DNA from: a virus | IMG/VR virus record: IMGVR_UViG_3300044858_003398 | Direction: 5' to 3' (one strand) | DNA: 64,000 nucleotides | In this document: one piece after another, positions 18,815 to 29,199 of the stretch | How the letters are laid out: every line of letters begins with the position of its first letter | Numbering within the stretch: position 1 is the first letter of the stretch | Notes under the pieces: generated by a model | The model's input: only the letters and a program-made list of their open reading frames with translations | Databases searched by the model: none | Told to the model about the DNA's origin: nothing | Made by a program: the position numbers and the translations under genes

Positions 18815-19266
18815 CCCTATCCTTTAAGAATGGTTGCCTAATAGAAGCGGCCAAGAATAAAGAGATCGACTACTTGATTCATTGTGCGAATTGCTTCTCC
18901 ACGATGGGTTCAGGAGTGGCCAAACTTATCAAGGAAGAATTCCCAAAAGCCTTCTTAGTAGATCAGGCCGATTATAGATCCCCGATTGAGAGGATCGGCT
19001 CATATTCTTCAGTCTTCCTGAGTGGGTTGACTATTATTAATCTATATGCTCAATATGACTATGGGACATCCTGTCGTAAGTTTGAGTATGGAGCCTTCAA
19101 GAGAGCCTTGGACGAAATCTGTAGAGACTTCTCTTTTACTGGGAAGACTATAGGTCTTCCAGAAATCGGGTGTGGTTTGGGGGGAGCCGACAAAAGTCTG
19201 GTCCACGATATCCTCGAAGATTATGCTACCGAAGGTAGCTGGACAATTTACACGCTAGGGAAATAA
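18811..19266 (+). CDS. Macrodomain (ADP-ribose processing) protein
   Basis: IHCANCFSTMGSGVAK.IK..FP; IINLYAQY; LPEIGCGLGG. Confidence 0.9.
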   Translation: MTLSFKNGCLIEAAKNKEIDYLIHCANCFSTMGSGVAKLIKEEFPKAFLVDQADYRSPIERIGSYSSVFLSGLTIINLYAQYDYGTSCRKFEYGAFKRALDEICRDFSFTGKTIGLPEIGCGLGGADKSLVHDILEDYATEGSWTIYTLGK

Positions 19267-19538
19267 TGGCCAAAAAAGCACAGAAGAGTCCAAGAATTGA
19301 TTTTCCAGTCGAGATCCATACCACAATTCAAATTGGTGATAATCTAGGCCTAGTCAGACGATGGGCTGAGGATCATGCCTGCGACAGGTTTACAATAAGA
19401 GAAGTGGACAAGGACAAGTTTCGTGTAAATTTGTACACCGAGTCTGGCGACACGATCCGAATCAGCCACCTTTCCCGAAGTTTTTATCTCGTCGTGGCTG
19501 ATGGAGTAATCGAGGATAAAACAATAAAAGGCTCTTGA
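19266..19538 (+). CDS. Hypothetical protein
   Basis: TAATG-coupled ORF. Confidence 0.65.
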   Translation: MAKKAQKSPRIDFPVEIHTTIQIGDNLGLVRRWAEDHACDRFTIREVDKDKFRVNLYTESGDTIRISHLSRSFYLVVADGVIEDKTIKGS

Positions 19539-19562
19539 CAGGGCGATTTCGCCCGGTATGAT
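19535..19562 (+). promoter_or_regulatory. Sigma70-type promoter for rIIA, palindromic spacer
   Basis: TTGACA, 16 nt spacer (GGGCGA-TT-TCGCCC), TATGAT. Confidence 0.75.
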
Positions 19563-19607
19563 ACGTGAAGAACGAGTGGCCGAAAAACACAAGCGAAGGA
19601 CGTAATC

Positions 19608-21380
19608 ATGATCATCGAAGGCGTAAAGAAAAGTACTCAAACCTCAGGCTCGTTTCAGACCTCAGGATTCCGTATTGAGGCTAGTGCAAAAGCATTTAAG
19701 CTTCTGTCGTCGAATCCTTATAAGTACAAGGTCCGAGCCGTTATCCGAGAGCTTACATGCAATGCTCTTGACGCAAACACCGATGCTGAAGTCTCAGCAG
19801 TCCCACGAGTCCATCTCCCCACCAAGCTCGAACCTTGGTTCTCTGTAGCGGATAACGGCAAGGGCCTATCTCCAGATGATGTACGGGATGTCTATACCGT
19901 TTATTTCTGCTCCACTAAGACTAATAGCAATAAACTTATCGGAGCTTTAGGCATAGGGGCCAAAAGCCCATACTGCTTAGTAGATAGCTTTATTGTTAAG
20001 TCAGTTAATGATGGAGTTAAATATACCTACTCTGCATATAAAGACGAGGACGATCTCCCTCAGATGGCCTTGCTAACCTCTGAGCCTACCAACGAACCAT
20101 CTGGCGTTGAAGTCATTGTCAACGTAATGGGCCGGGATGATGAATTCCAGAGGGAAGCTGTTGAAGTATTTAGGTACTTCGATGCAATCCCCGACATTAA
20201 CATCTCCTCAGTAAAAGAGAAGATCGTAGCTGCCCGTGAATTTAAAGTTAAAGGTGACGGGTTCGCTTTCAATACTGGCTATGGTCAATGTAAAGCTGTC
20301 ATGGGGAATGTTGCTTACGACATCCCACATGGGTATGGGCTCGATATTGATGGGTACATCCGATTCGAGATTGGGGATTTGGACTTCGACCTTGGGCGTG
20401 AGTCACTCTCGTTAGACAACAAGACCATCGCTAATCTAAAAGCAAGAGTCAATCAAGTTAAAGACGGTATGGCGGATCATATCATCGGCCTAATTGAAGC
20501 TGAAGATACCGAATTCAAACGTGCAAAGATGTTTGATAAGGTGAACTGTGGAGTTTTGGGCAATATCATCGAATGTAATAAGAAGAAGTTCGATTATGTG
20601 CTTCCGCACACCTCTACGGAGATGTCTGTTTATTCTAAGACATATAAGTCTGTGAATATCAGCCATATGAAAGCCTTGCCACTTTCTGCCGATTACTACC
20701 GATTCAAGCCAAAGTTTACGGCTCGAATCAAGAGTTATCTGAAAGATCATGGTGGGAAGATCGTGGTCCTGACGGACCAACAAATCACTGAATGTAAGAT
20801 TGACCTTGATGTGATCAAGGATCTTGACACGCTGCCGAAGATTGTATATGCTCGTGGACCCAAGTCGAAGAGTATTAAGGTTAGATCCTGCGTTAATGGC
20901 TGTTGGAACGAGGCCCAGCTAGATACTTCTGAGCATTACGTGTATATTGAGACTATGCATGGGAAACCATCTGCATATTCTGGGTATCACGCAGTGAATA
21001 GCTTGGTCTCTGCTGCTAAGAAGTTGGGTGCTGACATTGATGTGATCTATGGGTTATCCCCCTCTGTAAAGAACAAGGGGCAGGGAGTTGAGCTTCGCGA
21101 ATTCCTGAAAGAGAACCTTGTCCTGCCGGAAAAGGCGATCTTAGACAATCCTACCAATCAGGCGATCTTGTCGAAAGTTGACAAGAGATTCGCCAAAAAG
21201 GATCTTGACAGCGATATCATCTCGTTGTACAATTTGTTCAATGTGGCCCACGATGACACACTTGATAAACTTTCTGAGAGATACTCAACAGAGTTCCCCC
21301 TTTTGAAATTTATCTCGTACCACTATTACTCAAAACCGACCGACGCAGAACTTCTCACCTACCTCAAGGAGCTGAAATGA
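19608..21380 (+). CDS. rIIA: RIIA-like protein with GHKL ATPase N-terminus
   Basis: AVIRELTCNALDA, DNGKGLS, STKTNSN..IGALGIGAKSP; immediately upstream of an rIIB-like gene. Confidence 0.88.
   Translation: MIIEGVKKSTQTSGSFQTSGFRIEASAKAFKLLSSNPYKYKVRAVIRELTCNALDANTDAEVSAVPRVHLPTKLEPWFSVADNGKGLSPDDVRDVYTVYFCSTKTNSNKLIGALGIGAKSPYCLVDSFIVKSVNDGVKYTYSAYKDEDDLPQMALLTSEPTNEPSGVEVIVNVMGRDDEFQREAVEVFRYFDAIPDINISSVKEKIVAAREFKVKGDGFAFNTGYGQCKAVMGNVAYDIPHGYGLDIDGYIRFEIGDLDFDLGRESLSLDNKTIANLKARVNQVKDGMADHIIGLIEAEDTEFKRAKMFDKVNCGVLGNIIECNKKKFDYVLPHTSTEMSVYSKTYKSVNISHMKALPLSADYYRFKPKFTARIKSYLKDHGGKIVVLTDQQITECKIDLDVIKDLDTLPKIVYARGPKSKSIKVRSCVNGCWNEAQLDTSEHYVYIETMHGKPSAYSGYHAVNSLVSAAKKLGADIDVIYGLSPSVKNKGQGVELREFLKENLVLPEKAILDNPTNQAILSKVDKRFAKKDLDSDIISLYNLFNVAHDDTLDKLSERYSTEFPLLKFISYHYYSKPTDAELLTYLKELK
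21205..21233 (+). promoter_or_regulatory. Internal sigma70-type promoter for rIIB
   Basis: TTGACA, 17 nt spacer, TACAAT in the 3' end of rIIA. Confidence 0.55.
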
Positions 21381-22291
21381 ACTACATTAAAGATCACAAT
21401 GGTTGCTGGACAGTTGTATGTGCTGGCGAAGTGCATACTTTCGATAAAAATCATACCAACTATGAGGGCCTCATTGAGGCGATCAAAGTGGGTGATGAAC
21501 AGGTGTTCAGTAGCCTGATCAGTGTTGGCAAGGCAGTACAAGAGTGGTCAAAACTTGGCTTCACTTTTACTGGTGGAATTCTCTACTATGGTAGGGAAGA
21601 AGTGGCTACTCAGATCACTGCGATTATTCTCGATATGATCGATGGTGGGTTCAGTGAGACTCCTATCCTGAACTTCATGAAACGATTGTTCGACAATCCT
21701 TCCCACAGGGCTGTTAAAGAACTCTACTCTTGGTTGGCCCATAAGAGCTTGGCAATTTGTGAGGATGGGACTTTTCTGGCGTACAAGTCTGTGCTCGTCT
21801 ATGATGGTCCTAATTTTGTTGACTGCTATGGTCGCGAGGTTAAGACTGGTGACTATGTCGATAAGTATACGGGAAGAATCCGTAATAATATCGGGGACAT
21901 TAATGAAATGCCGCGTCGTCAAGTTGATGACAATTTTGAAGTTGGCTGTTCATATGGTTTTCATGTTGGCAGTTTGAAGTACGTAACAGAGGTTTACTCT
22001 TCAAATAAGCAGATCATTTGTAAGGTTGACCCTGCCGATGTTGTGAGTGTACCACTCGATTGTGACTGTCAAAAGATTCGTTGTTGTAGCTACGAAGTTG
22101 TCTCCGAGTTCAAGAATCTAAAGATTGTTGAGCGAAAAGTAGAGGACTACGTTTGCGACGAAGACGAAGACCGCGATGAGGACGATATCTGTGAAGATTG
22201 CGGGTTCGAGTGCGATAATGGAGTCTGCGACTGTTATGACGATGACGATGACGATGACGATGAGAACATCGATATCTACTTTGGTCAATAG
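21377..22291 (+). CDS. rIIB: RIIB-like protein with Cys/Asp-rich tail
   Basis: NPSHRAVKELY.WL, DG.FLAYK, MPR..VDDN....CS.GFHVG, KVDPADVVSVP.D....KIRCC.YEVV. Confidence 0.9.
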   Translation: MNYIKDHNGCWTVVCAGEVHTFDKNHTNYEGLIEAIKVGDEQVFSSLISVGKAVQEWSKLGFTFTGGILYYGREEVATQITAIILDMIDGGFSETPILNFMKRLFDNPSHRAVKELYSWLAHKSLAICEDGTFLAYKSVLVYDGPNFVDCYGREVKTGDYVDKYTGRIRNNIGDINEMPRRQVDDNFEVGCSYGFHVGSLKYVTEVYSSNKQIICKVDPADVVSVPLDCDCQKIRCCSYEVVSEFKNLKIVERKVEDYVCDEDEDRDEDDICEDCGFECDNGVCDCYDDDDDDDDENIDIYFGQ

Positions 22292-22313
22292 GCCTTAGTC
22301 GCTGCATCATACC

Positions 22314-22340
22314 GAGGGGCCGAAAGGCCCCTCTCTTATT
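22314..22340 (+). terminator. Probable terminator hairpin
   Basis: GAGGGGCC-GAAA-GGCCCCTC followed by TCTTATT. Confidence 0.65.
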
Positions 22341-22360
22341 AGAAAGCTCGGAGAGATTCC

Positions 22361-23635
22361 TTGAAGACACGAAAAGAGTATGTTCTCTGCGAGAACGAAA
22401 AGGGACGCATCTGGCGGATCTCTAAGCGTCTTTGCCGCATCAAACATGGAGCCGGATTCAGGTTTGTCTCCAAGGTACTACACCTCCACATAGCCGAGAA
22501 TCGCTTCTGGTTCAAGTGGTCGAACATTGGGGCCACTACATCCGTAAAAGAAATCATTTCATTTTCTATTAAGAATGGAAAGATATCAATCACTACACGG
22601 AATAATGCACATCTGCCTGTGCGTGGTGGTTACAATTGCTCATACTCTCAATTATCCAGATTCAAGACTCTAAAGAGGGGAGTTAACGCCAAGATTAATC
22701 GTGTCCTAAACAAAGAGTTTGGTCTTAAATTCAAGATCGGCCAACCTTTCTATGTGAACCTGCTCAATCAGAGATATCCACTATACAACTCTCTATACAA
22801 AGACCCAACCTTCAGTATGGTTAAGGTCTTTAAGAAACCATCAGTAAAAGAGAGTATCAGGTCATATTGCGGATTTGCTGGCAAGAAGTTCTTGGCCAAA
22901 TTATTTCAACTGAGTGAGCCTAGACAATTAGAGGTCTTGGACACTATACGGATGTTCAGGCGGCACTTGACCTTCGGGGAAATTTATACAACAATTCACC
23001 CGGTGACGGGGTTCAAGACCAAGCTAAAACCCCTGATCGGTATCAATCCCTCCTTCTTCAAGAATATCTTCATAGGGAAAGATACGGGCAACGAGGCAGA
23101 GAGAACTAACTTTGCTCTAAGCTTTTCTCCTTGGCGGATCGAAGATACGCTCAAGATGTACACAGAGATTGCCATCACTGTTGACATAGAGTCTACCCCA
23201 TTGGCCCTTTCTAAAGCTAAAAAGCTCAATGAGTATCATGACCAATTGGCCAATTACCACAAGAAACTGAAGTATCAGAATGTGGCATTCAAACCATTAG
23301 AGTTTGATGGGGCTGAACTGGGCGACTTTACAATCCGTACATGTAAGGACTGCCACGAACTAATAGAGTGGTCAACCTATATGGGCAATTGTGTAAGCTC
23401 ATACAGGAGCGAAATCATCGCTGGCAGGGTTGTTATGTGTGGGCTATTCAAAGGCGAGACCCTCGTCTATAATCTATCCCTGACTCCAGTTGGCAAAAAG
23501 TTCCGAATACAACAGCTCAACTGTCGCTATAATAAGGGTTACACATCAGAGGACTACTCTCTGGTTGAATCTTTCTTAGGAGACAGAAATGTTTTATCTG
23601 GACAAAAAAAGACAGTTGGTATTGGATGCGAGTAA
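22361..23635 (+). CDS. PcfJ-like domain protein
   Basis: C-terminal HDQL...EL..WS.YMGNCVSSY...I.Q....YN pattern. Confidence 0.65.
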   Translation: MKTRKEYVLCENEKGRIWRISKRLCRIKHGAGFRFVSKVLHLHIAENRFWFKWSNIGATTSVKEIISFSIKNGKISITTRNNAHLPVRGGYNCSYSQLSRFKTLKRGVNAKINRVLNKEFGLKFKIGQPFYVNLLNQRYPLYNSLYKDPTFSMVKVFKKPSVKESIRSYCGFAGKKFLAKLFQLSEPRQLEVLDTIRMFRRHLTFGEIYTTIHPVTGFKTKLKPLIGINPSFFKNIFIGKDTGNEAERTNFALSFSPWRIEDTLKMYTEIAITVDIESTPLALSKAKKLNEYHDQLANYHKKLKYQNVAFKPLEFDGAELGDFTIRTCKDCHELIEWSTYMGNCVSSYRSEIIAGRVVMCGLFKGETLVYNLSLTPVGKKFRIQQLNCRYNKGYTSEDYSLVESFLGDRNVLSGQKKTVGIGCE

Positions 23636-23776
23636 GGAGGTCGTGGGAGTTATCCGCGACGGGAAATTCAGCCAAGACTCGCCTATGGTCTTCAGTTATT
23701 ATCGGGGTGGCTTAACGGCCACTCAGCTTGAGCAGGTATCTGAGGCCATCCAAAGAGTCACTATTGCGAGAGCCCG

Positions 23777-24277
23777 ATGATTGAGATGAAGATCTCGGAT
23801 ATCGACATGATGAATGCAAAGTCCCGCAGTGACTTGATGGGAGTCCTCGCCAGTTCCCGGACCCAAGGGAAAGGGAATTTGGCAGGATTTGTCGGAGAAG
23901 CCTTGACAGAAAGGCACACCTCTGGTAAGCTTGTGGAAAGCTACGACTACGACATAGAGATTTGTGATCTGAAGATTGATGTCAAGACAAAGTCTTGCTC
24001 CTCAGAGCCGAAGGCTCACTATCTATGTTCGGTCATGAGCTACCAACTCAAGAACGAATGTGACGGGTATATCTTTGCTAGAGTTAACCTAGCATCTGGA
24101 GTCGGCTGGCTCTTGGGGTATATTAGCAAAGTTGACTTGTTAGACAGGGGGTTCTTCGCCAAGAAGGGTTCCCCGGACGGCAGATTTACTTTTACTGAAG
24201 ATTGTTGGAACGTCCAAATTTCAAATTTGGATAACATACCTTTAAGCGAGCAAAGCCATGATTCCACTGATCAATAG
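23777..24277 (+). CDS. PD-(D/E)XK nuclease-like protein
   Basis: G.VGE...YDYDI.....IDVKTK...YIFARV.....WLLGYI. Confidence 0.55.
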   Translation: MIEMKISDIDMMNAKSRSDLMGVLASSRTQGKGNLAGFVGEALTERHTSGKLVESYDYDIEICDLKIDVKTKSCSSEPKAHYLCSVMSYQLKNECDGYIFARVNLASGVGWLLGYISKVDLLDRGFFAKKGSPDGRFTFTEDCWNVQISNLDNIPLSEQSHDSTDQ

Positions 24278-25229
24278 AACCCATTACAGCATCCACCGAG
24301 CCTTCTCAAAGCCTAAGGAAATAGCACAGAAGGCCAAAGCTTTAGGTTATGAGGCCGTAGGCCTCTGTGACTTTGGTAATGTCTCTGCCGCCCTCGAATT
24401 CATTGAGGAGTGTAAGTCAGCCAAGATCAAGCCTATTATCGGGTGTGACTTTGGCGAGACTTACGCCTTCTGCAAGAACCTCCAAGGGTGGAAGGATTTA
24501 TTGTCTGTTGTGAACGAATTCTCTATTCATGCCCGCCTCAATCGGGACACCTTAGCTAATTCACCCCACCTTATTTCTTTTACCGGAAAGCTCCCAGACT
24601 GCCGTTATGTCGAAAAAGAGGATGAAGAGTTCTACCGCATTCTGCGGTGCTTAGGACTTAAGATCAAACTGTCCGAACTAACCGAGATAACCTCTGGTTA
24701 CCATATGGTTTCGCCAAGTGAGATCCCCGAGAATCCAATCTATGAGGCCTTCGACCTCGTAGAGGTCTTCGAAATTGCTGCTCCCCCAAAACTCCCCAAA
24801 TTCTCCGATGGGGAAGTTGAGCTACTCTGGACTAAGGTGCGAGCAGGGCTCACTCAACATACAGAGAACTTCGATCCTATCAAGAAGGCCGAGTATGACG
24901 CTCGTGTACGCTACGAGATGAAGGTTATTGAGTTGGCCAATCTATCTGGCTATTTCCTTATTGTATCAGACTTTGTCAATAAGGGTAGAAGTGATGGACA
25001 ATTATGTAGCATAGGAAGAGGAAGTAGTGCTGGCTGCTTAGTTTCTGACCTTATAGGTATTAATCTAGTTGATCCTATGCCTTATGGGCTCTTGTTCAGT
25101 CGCTTCTTTAACGCAGCGCGAGCTTACCCTAAACACTTAAGTTTTGATGAGTATCCCTTTATTGATGAATTCAGAGACTTCGAAGCTATCTACCTGAAAG
25201 AGTTGGAGACTATTCATGCCAAAGTTTGA
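24258..25229 (+). CDS. dnaE: DNA polymerase III alpha, N-terminal part (degenerate PHP plus start of palm)
   Basis: THYS..., CDFGN, IKPIIG, R.RYEM.VI....YFLIVSDFV, GRGSSAG.LV..LIGI..VDP..YGLLFSRFFN; stops before the PDID motif. Confidence 0.9.
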   Translation: MIPLINRTHYSIHRAFSKPKEIAQKAKALGYEAVGLCDFGNVSAALEFIEECKSAKIKPIIGCDFGETYAFCKNLQGWKDLLSVVNEFSIHARLNRDTLANSPHLISFTGKLPDCRYVEKEDEEFYRILRCLGLKIKLSELTEITSGYHMVSPSEIPENPIYEAFDLVEVFEIAAPPKLPKFSDGEVELLWTKVRAGLTQHTENFDPIKKAEYDARVRYEMKVIELANLSGYFLIVSDFVNKGRSDGQLCSIGRGSSAGCLVSDLIGINLVDPMPYGLLFSRFFNAARAYPKHLSFDEYPFIDEFRDFEAIYLKELETIHAKV

Positions 25230-27061
25230 AGTATGGATGGAAGGATACCTCGCTACTGGTATGGAGGGAGTCCCAAGTGTCCCCGATAGGATTGCAATTG
25301 TTGAAGCTGATTCTTTCCAAGCTGCTTGCGATATCGTTGGAGCTAGAAAGAAATGGTCTTCACTCTATGACAAAGAGACGCGATCAATGTGGGGATGCAG
25401 ACTCTACCCAACACTAGAAGAGGCCATCGATCTCTTTAAGGACTACAAATACCGACATCCTCCTACGTATAGTGAGTAATATGATGAATCTTGTGAAACA
25501 GCCAACTAGCACGACCTGTGGTCAGTGTTGTATAGCTATGCTACTAGACGTAAGCCTAGAAGAAGCTATCAAAATGGTAGGGCATGATGGCATATCATCA
25601 GATGAAGATATGCTTAAGCAGATTTTCGAGAGATACACGAAATACCATCATTACCTTTTCAAGGTGGGCCAGCCTCCAGATGATATTGTTGCTTTAGTTA
25701 AGCATAGAGAGCCAAATGGGGTTCGCGAACACTGGACAATCTCCTATTATGGGCAGATTTTAGATCCGGCTTGTAAGAAGAAACTATGGCCAGTTTTAAA
25801 GTGGGTGAAAGCGAGATAATGAAAATCATCACACATCCAGATAATGAGAAGCATTTTGAGCAAATTCGCGAGGATTTTACTAAGAGGGCTGATGCTTGTG
25901 GAATCAGGGCAGCAAAAATAACCGGATTCGACATCATCTTGAACTAACTAATTCCCCCAGAAAAACCCAGTAAAACAGACATGAATTTCGTAGAAGATAG
26001 TATCGAACAAATAACTAGGTTATATTATCAAACATCAGAGATGCTCCTAAAAAAGCTAGGATGCAACATGGATAATATCCATGAATTCGAAATCAAACAG
26101 AAGATAGGATTCAACGAACCGAGAGAATTCTGGAAGAATGGACGGAAGGCCGGAGAAGTCTCTGTCAAAACTAACATAAGTGATTCAGGCATTACTTTTA
26201 CCGTGACGGCAGAAATAGTCTCTTAGGGGTCGAATATGAACAAGATTAGATTTCCAATCGGTGACTGGTCAGATGACGGTCATGGAAAATGTGATTATTT
26301 CTTTGTCACTACGCCTCTATCGGCTCAGGATGTAAGAGAGGCACACTTTGCCGCACCATCAGTAATAGGCTTTGACATAGGCTGTCTATATGCGAAGTAT
26401 AGAGAAGGATCTCTATCCCAAGAAATTGAAAATAAGATTTCAGAAATATTGCCAGATACTTCTGGGCTCAAATATGACTGGCGAGAGGAAGATTTGTCTC
26501 CACCAGAAAGTCTTTTCTTCCTCTGGATCTCTCTGCTTAACGAGATCAATCCAGCACTAGAGCTTACACCAATGGTGTCCGACTATGAGGACATCAACTT
26601 CTATGGGTTTGATGATAAGGGCAGACATCTAAAAACTCCCGGATATGGATTATTTGAATGAGTCTTTCACAAACTGAAATGCGTAACTTACATGACGAGA
26701 GTCACAAAGTCTATTACCATCCAAAAATTGGCCTATACACTGTCCACTGGATCGAGACTGGGAACAATGATATTCCAGTGATCTGCCCGATCTATCTCAG
26801 AGATATTGATAGGCATTTGGGAGCTAGGGAATAAACAAAATGGCTAGTTGGAGAACATCACTAATTTTGGCCGATCTTCTTAAGATAGTTGAGCGGGTCG
26901 ATACTGTAGATGGCAGGCACACTGTTATTTGTAAGCCCGGAGACTATGAAGAAATTGTAGCCTCTCTGGAAGAATTGAATAGATGGAAGGATAATGCGGC
27001 GACCTACTCGCCCCCAGTGTCCATTGCTGGAGTATTCTTTAAGCCTTCGGAGCGACAATGA
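25216..27061 (+). CDS. Small ORFs, including a peptidase C39-like protein (25472-25819)
   Basis: Q....TCGQCCIAM...HW....G.ILDP in 25472-25819; 25216-25479, 25981-26226, 26236-26661 and 26840-27061 are unassigned. Confidence 0.6.
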
Positions 27062-27522
27062 GTAATTACCTCTTTCTTGATGTGGACGGCGTCCTTAATA
27101 ACTTCCTCTCCGAGGACGACTACTTCAACGAGTTCAACATGAGCTGTCTGCGACAGCTCTGTGAGACAATAGATTTTAAAATTGTGCTCAGTTCGGACTG
27201 GAGAAGGCTCCCAAAGAATAAGGCTAGAGTTCGTTCCGAACTCAGGCACGCAGGGCTTGAGTTATACAGTTGTACACCGACCCACACCTTCGGCGGCAAC
27301 CGTAAAGATGAAATCAAAGATTGGCTAAAAGAAGATCCAGAGGTTTGGAATAGTTTTTCTGGTCTAATACTGGATGATATGGGTCCAGACGAGTGCGATC
27401 CGAAATTACCCAACCTTCTCTTTTACCGAACCGATTACAAGCTTGGCCTAACCGAACAGGACGTTGACATTATCTTGGAGAAATTAAATGGGGCTTCGCC
27501 TAGAGGATCATATGACTCCTAA
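27058..27522 (+). CDS. HAD-superfamily phosphatase (RNA-repair-associated type)
   Basis: FLDVDGVLN, IVLSSDWR, R..EI..WL, ILDD, GLT. Confidence 0.85.
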   Translation: MSNYLFLDVDGVLNNFLSEDDYFNEFNMSCLRQLCETIDFKIVLSSDWRRLPKNKARVRSELRHAGLELYSCTPTHTFGGNRKDEIKDWLKEDPEVWNSFSGLILDDMGPDECDPKLPNLLFYRTDYKLGLTEQDVDIILEKLNGASPRGSYDS

Positions 27523-28123
27523 AACATCACTTGAGTACATTGAAAAGACGGCCAACGACCTTGGCGTAGCCCACATTGCCAATGAAGTTATTGGCGATGG
27601 TAGGTTTTACCTATGGTCTGGCTCCTCACGTAGGGAGCAGCATCACTATGGAAAGCATGGACTGGTTAGACATACCGCCGAAGTAATTCAGCTATGCCTA
27701 GCGAATGATGCAATACTTGGTTGCGGCATGAGTCAGAGAGAGTTATTCTTGGCTGCATTGTTCCATGACTGTGGAAAAATGTGGGACTATGGGCCTAGCG
27801 GCCCTGAGAGCAGTCCTAATTATGATACATGGATTTCTATGCCTCACAAGCGAAGCATTCATCATATCAGCCGTTCTGCAATTCAATGGAACCTTGCCGC
27901 CGAAAAATGGGGCTTGGCTAAGCCAGCCACTATAGAGGATTTTGTTAAGTCAATTGATGTGGATGAAATCACACATGCTATTCTGGCCCATCATGGGCAG
28001 CGAGCTTGGGGAAGCCCAGTTGCTCCTAAGAGTGGATTAGCTTGGATGTTGCACCTATGTGATGGGATATCGGCAAGAATGGATGACTGTGATAGTTGGG
28101 ACCCATACTCTGGAGCGAAATAG
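27512..28123 (+). CDS. HD-domain phosphohydrolase (YhaM-like HD domain)
   Basis: HHYG..GLVRHT.EV, ALFHDCGK..DY, HAILAHHG...WGSPV.P, LH.CD.ISA. Confidence 0.85.
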   Translation: MTPKTSLEYIEKTANDLGVAHIANEVIGDGRFYLWSGSSRREQHHYGKHGLVRHTAEVIQLCLANDAILGCGMSQRELFLAALFHDCGKMWDYGPSGPESSPNYDTWISMPHKRSIHHISRSAIQWNLAAEKWGLAKPATIEDFVKSIDVDEITHAILAHHGQRAWGSPVAPKSGLAWMLHLCDGISARMDDCDSWDPYSGAK

Positions 28124-28353
28124 AGTGGCATTTGCCACTCCTGAAAGAACAAAATGATCAACTTAGTCTTGACGTGTCTTGCAATTGTGCTACCATACAT
28201 CACGTATCTTGGAGTCAAAGCCGCCTACCAAAACGGTGTGACGGACGGGTATGGTTACTCGAAAGAACCAAATAACCCCGGATATCAAGAAGCCGGACGT
28301 TACTTGCGTAGCACAATGTACCACAGGTGGTCTGAATTGCGAAAGGATAAGTC

Positions 28354-29199
28354 GTGTACATCATCGGATCTAGAGCCCTAAACTGCTACGCTTCACGAAG
28401 CGTCGAAGGAAAAGATTGGGACTTCGTCCTAGAGGGCGAAGCCCTCAAACAGTCTCAAGACTGCGATTTAGCTCCGCAGGAGCTTTGTACGCTGGAGGTT
28501 TGTCGAGCCTTCGGTACTGGACTCACCACAGATACACCATATGGGGAAGCTAAGCTTCCTAGCTTAACAGCCCTAATGCTGATTAAGCGGAGCCACCTTC
28601 ATAGACCCCTCGGTTTCGAAAAGAACATCCGAGACTATCATGAGATGAAATCAATCGGCATCTCATATGACAGGCTGAACCATATTGAACGGGCTAAATA
28701 CGACGAACTTCTTAAGAAGCTCACCAAGCAGACTAAGGACCTCTACGGAGATAGGGTCCCATCTCTAAAAAAATCCAAGTCGGAATTCTTCGATGATTAT
28801 GTCACTAAGGTCTTCGACCATGATGAGATTCACGCGGCGACATGCTACGGCGACCATCCCATCTTCGAAAGGCTGAAGCCTTCGGGGGATGAGTCGGTCT
28901 GGTGTTCTAAGTCTTTGTGGGATGGCCTAAGCCACCAAGACAAGATCAGATGTGTAAGAGAAGAAGCGTTCGTAATTGCTCTCGAACGCTTCATAATTCC
29001 GCAGATTATAATTGACAAACCACACAGAAGTGCTAAGATGAGCTTCGGTTTGGCAGTAAGTAAAATTTGTACGACTCTCTGTTCGGGCTGGTTCAGAGAT
29101 TTCGCTATTGAAAACTGGCCTCAGGTTATGGAATACGAATTAGACTTTTTGGAGAAATTTCATGAGCACTTTGATAAACGACTTGCGAAAAGCAATTAA
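28354..29199 (+). CDS. Nucleotidyltransferase-like phage protein
   Basis: IIGSRA....DWDFV (GS plus DxD, Pol-beta superfamily); FDHDEIH and EEAFVIALER. Confidence 0.6.
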   Translation: MYIIGSRALNCYASRSVEGKDWDFVLEGEALKQSQDCDLAPQELCTLEVCRAFGTGLTTDTPYGEAKLPSLTALMLIKRSHLHRPLGFEKNIRDYHEMKSIGISYDRLNHIERAKYDELLKKLTKQTKDLYGDRVPSLKKSKSEFFDDYVTKVFDHDEIHAATCYGDHPIFERLKPSGDESVWCSKSLWDGLSHQDKIRCVREEAFVIALERFIIPQIIIDKPHRSAKMSFGLAVSKICTTLCSGWFRDFAIENWPQVMEYELDFLEKFHEHFDKRLAKSN

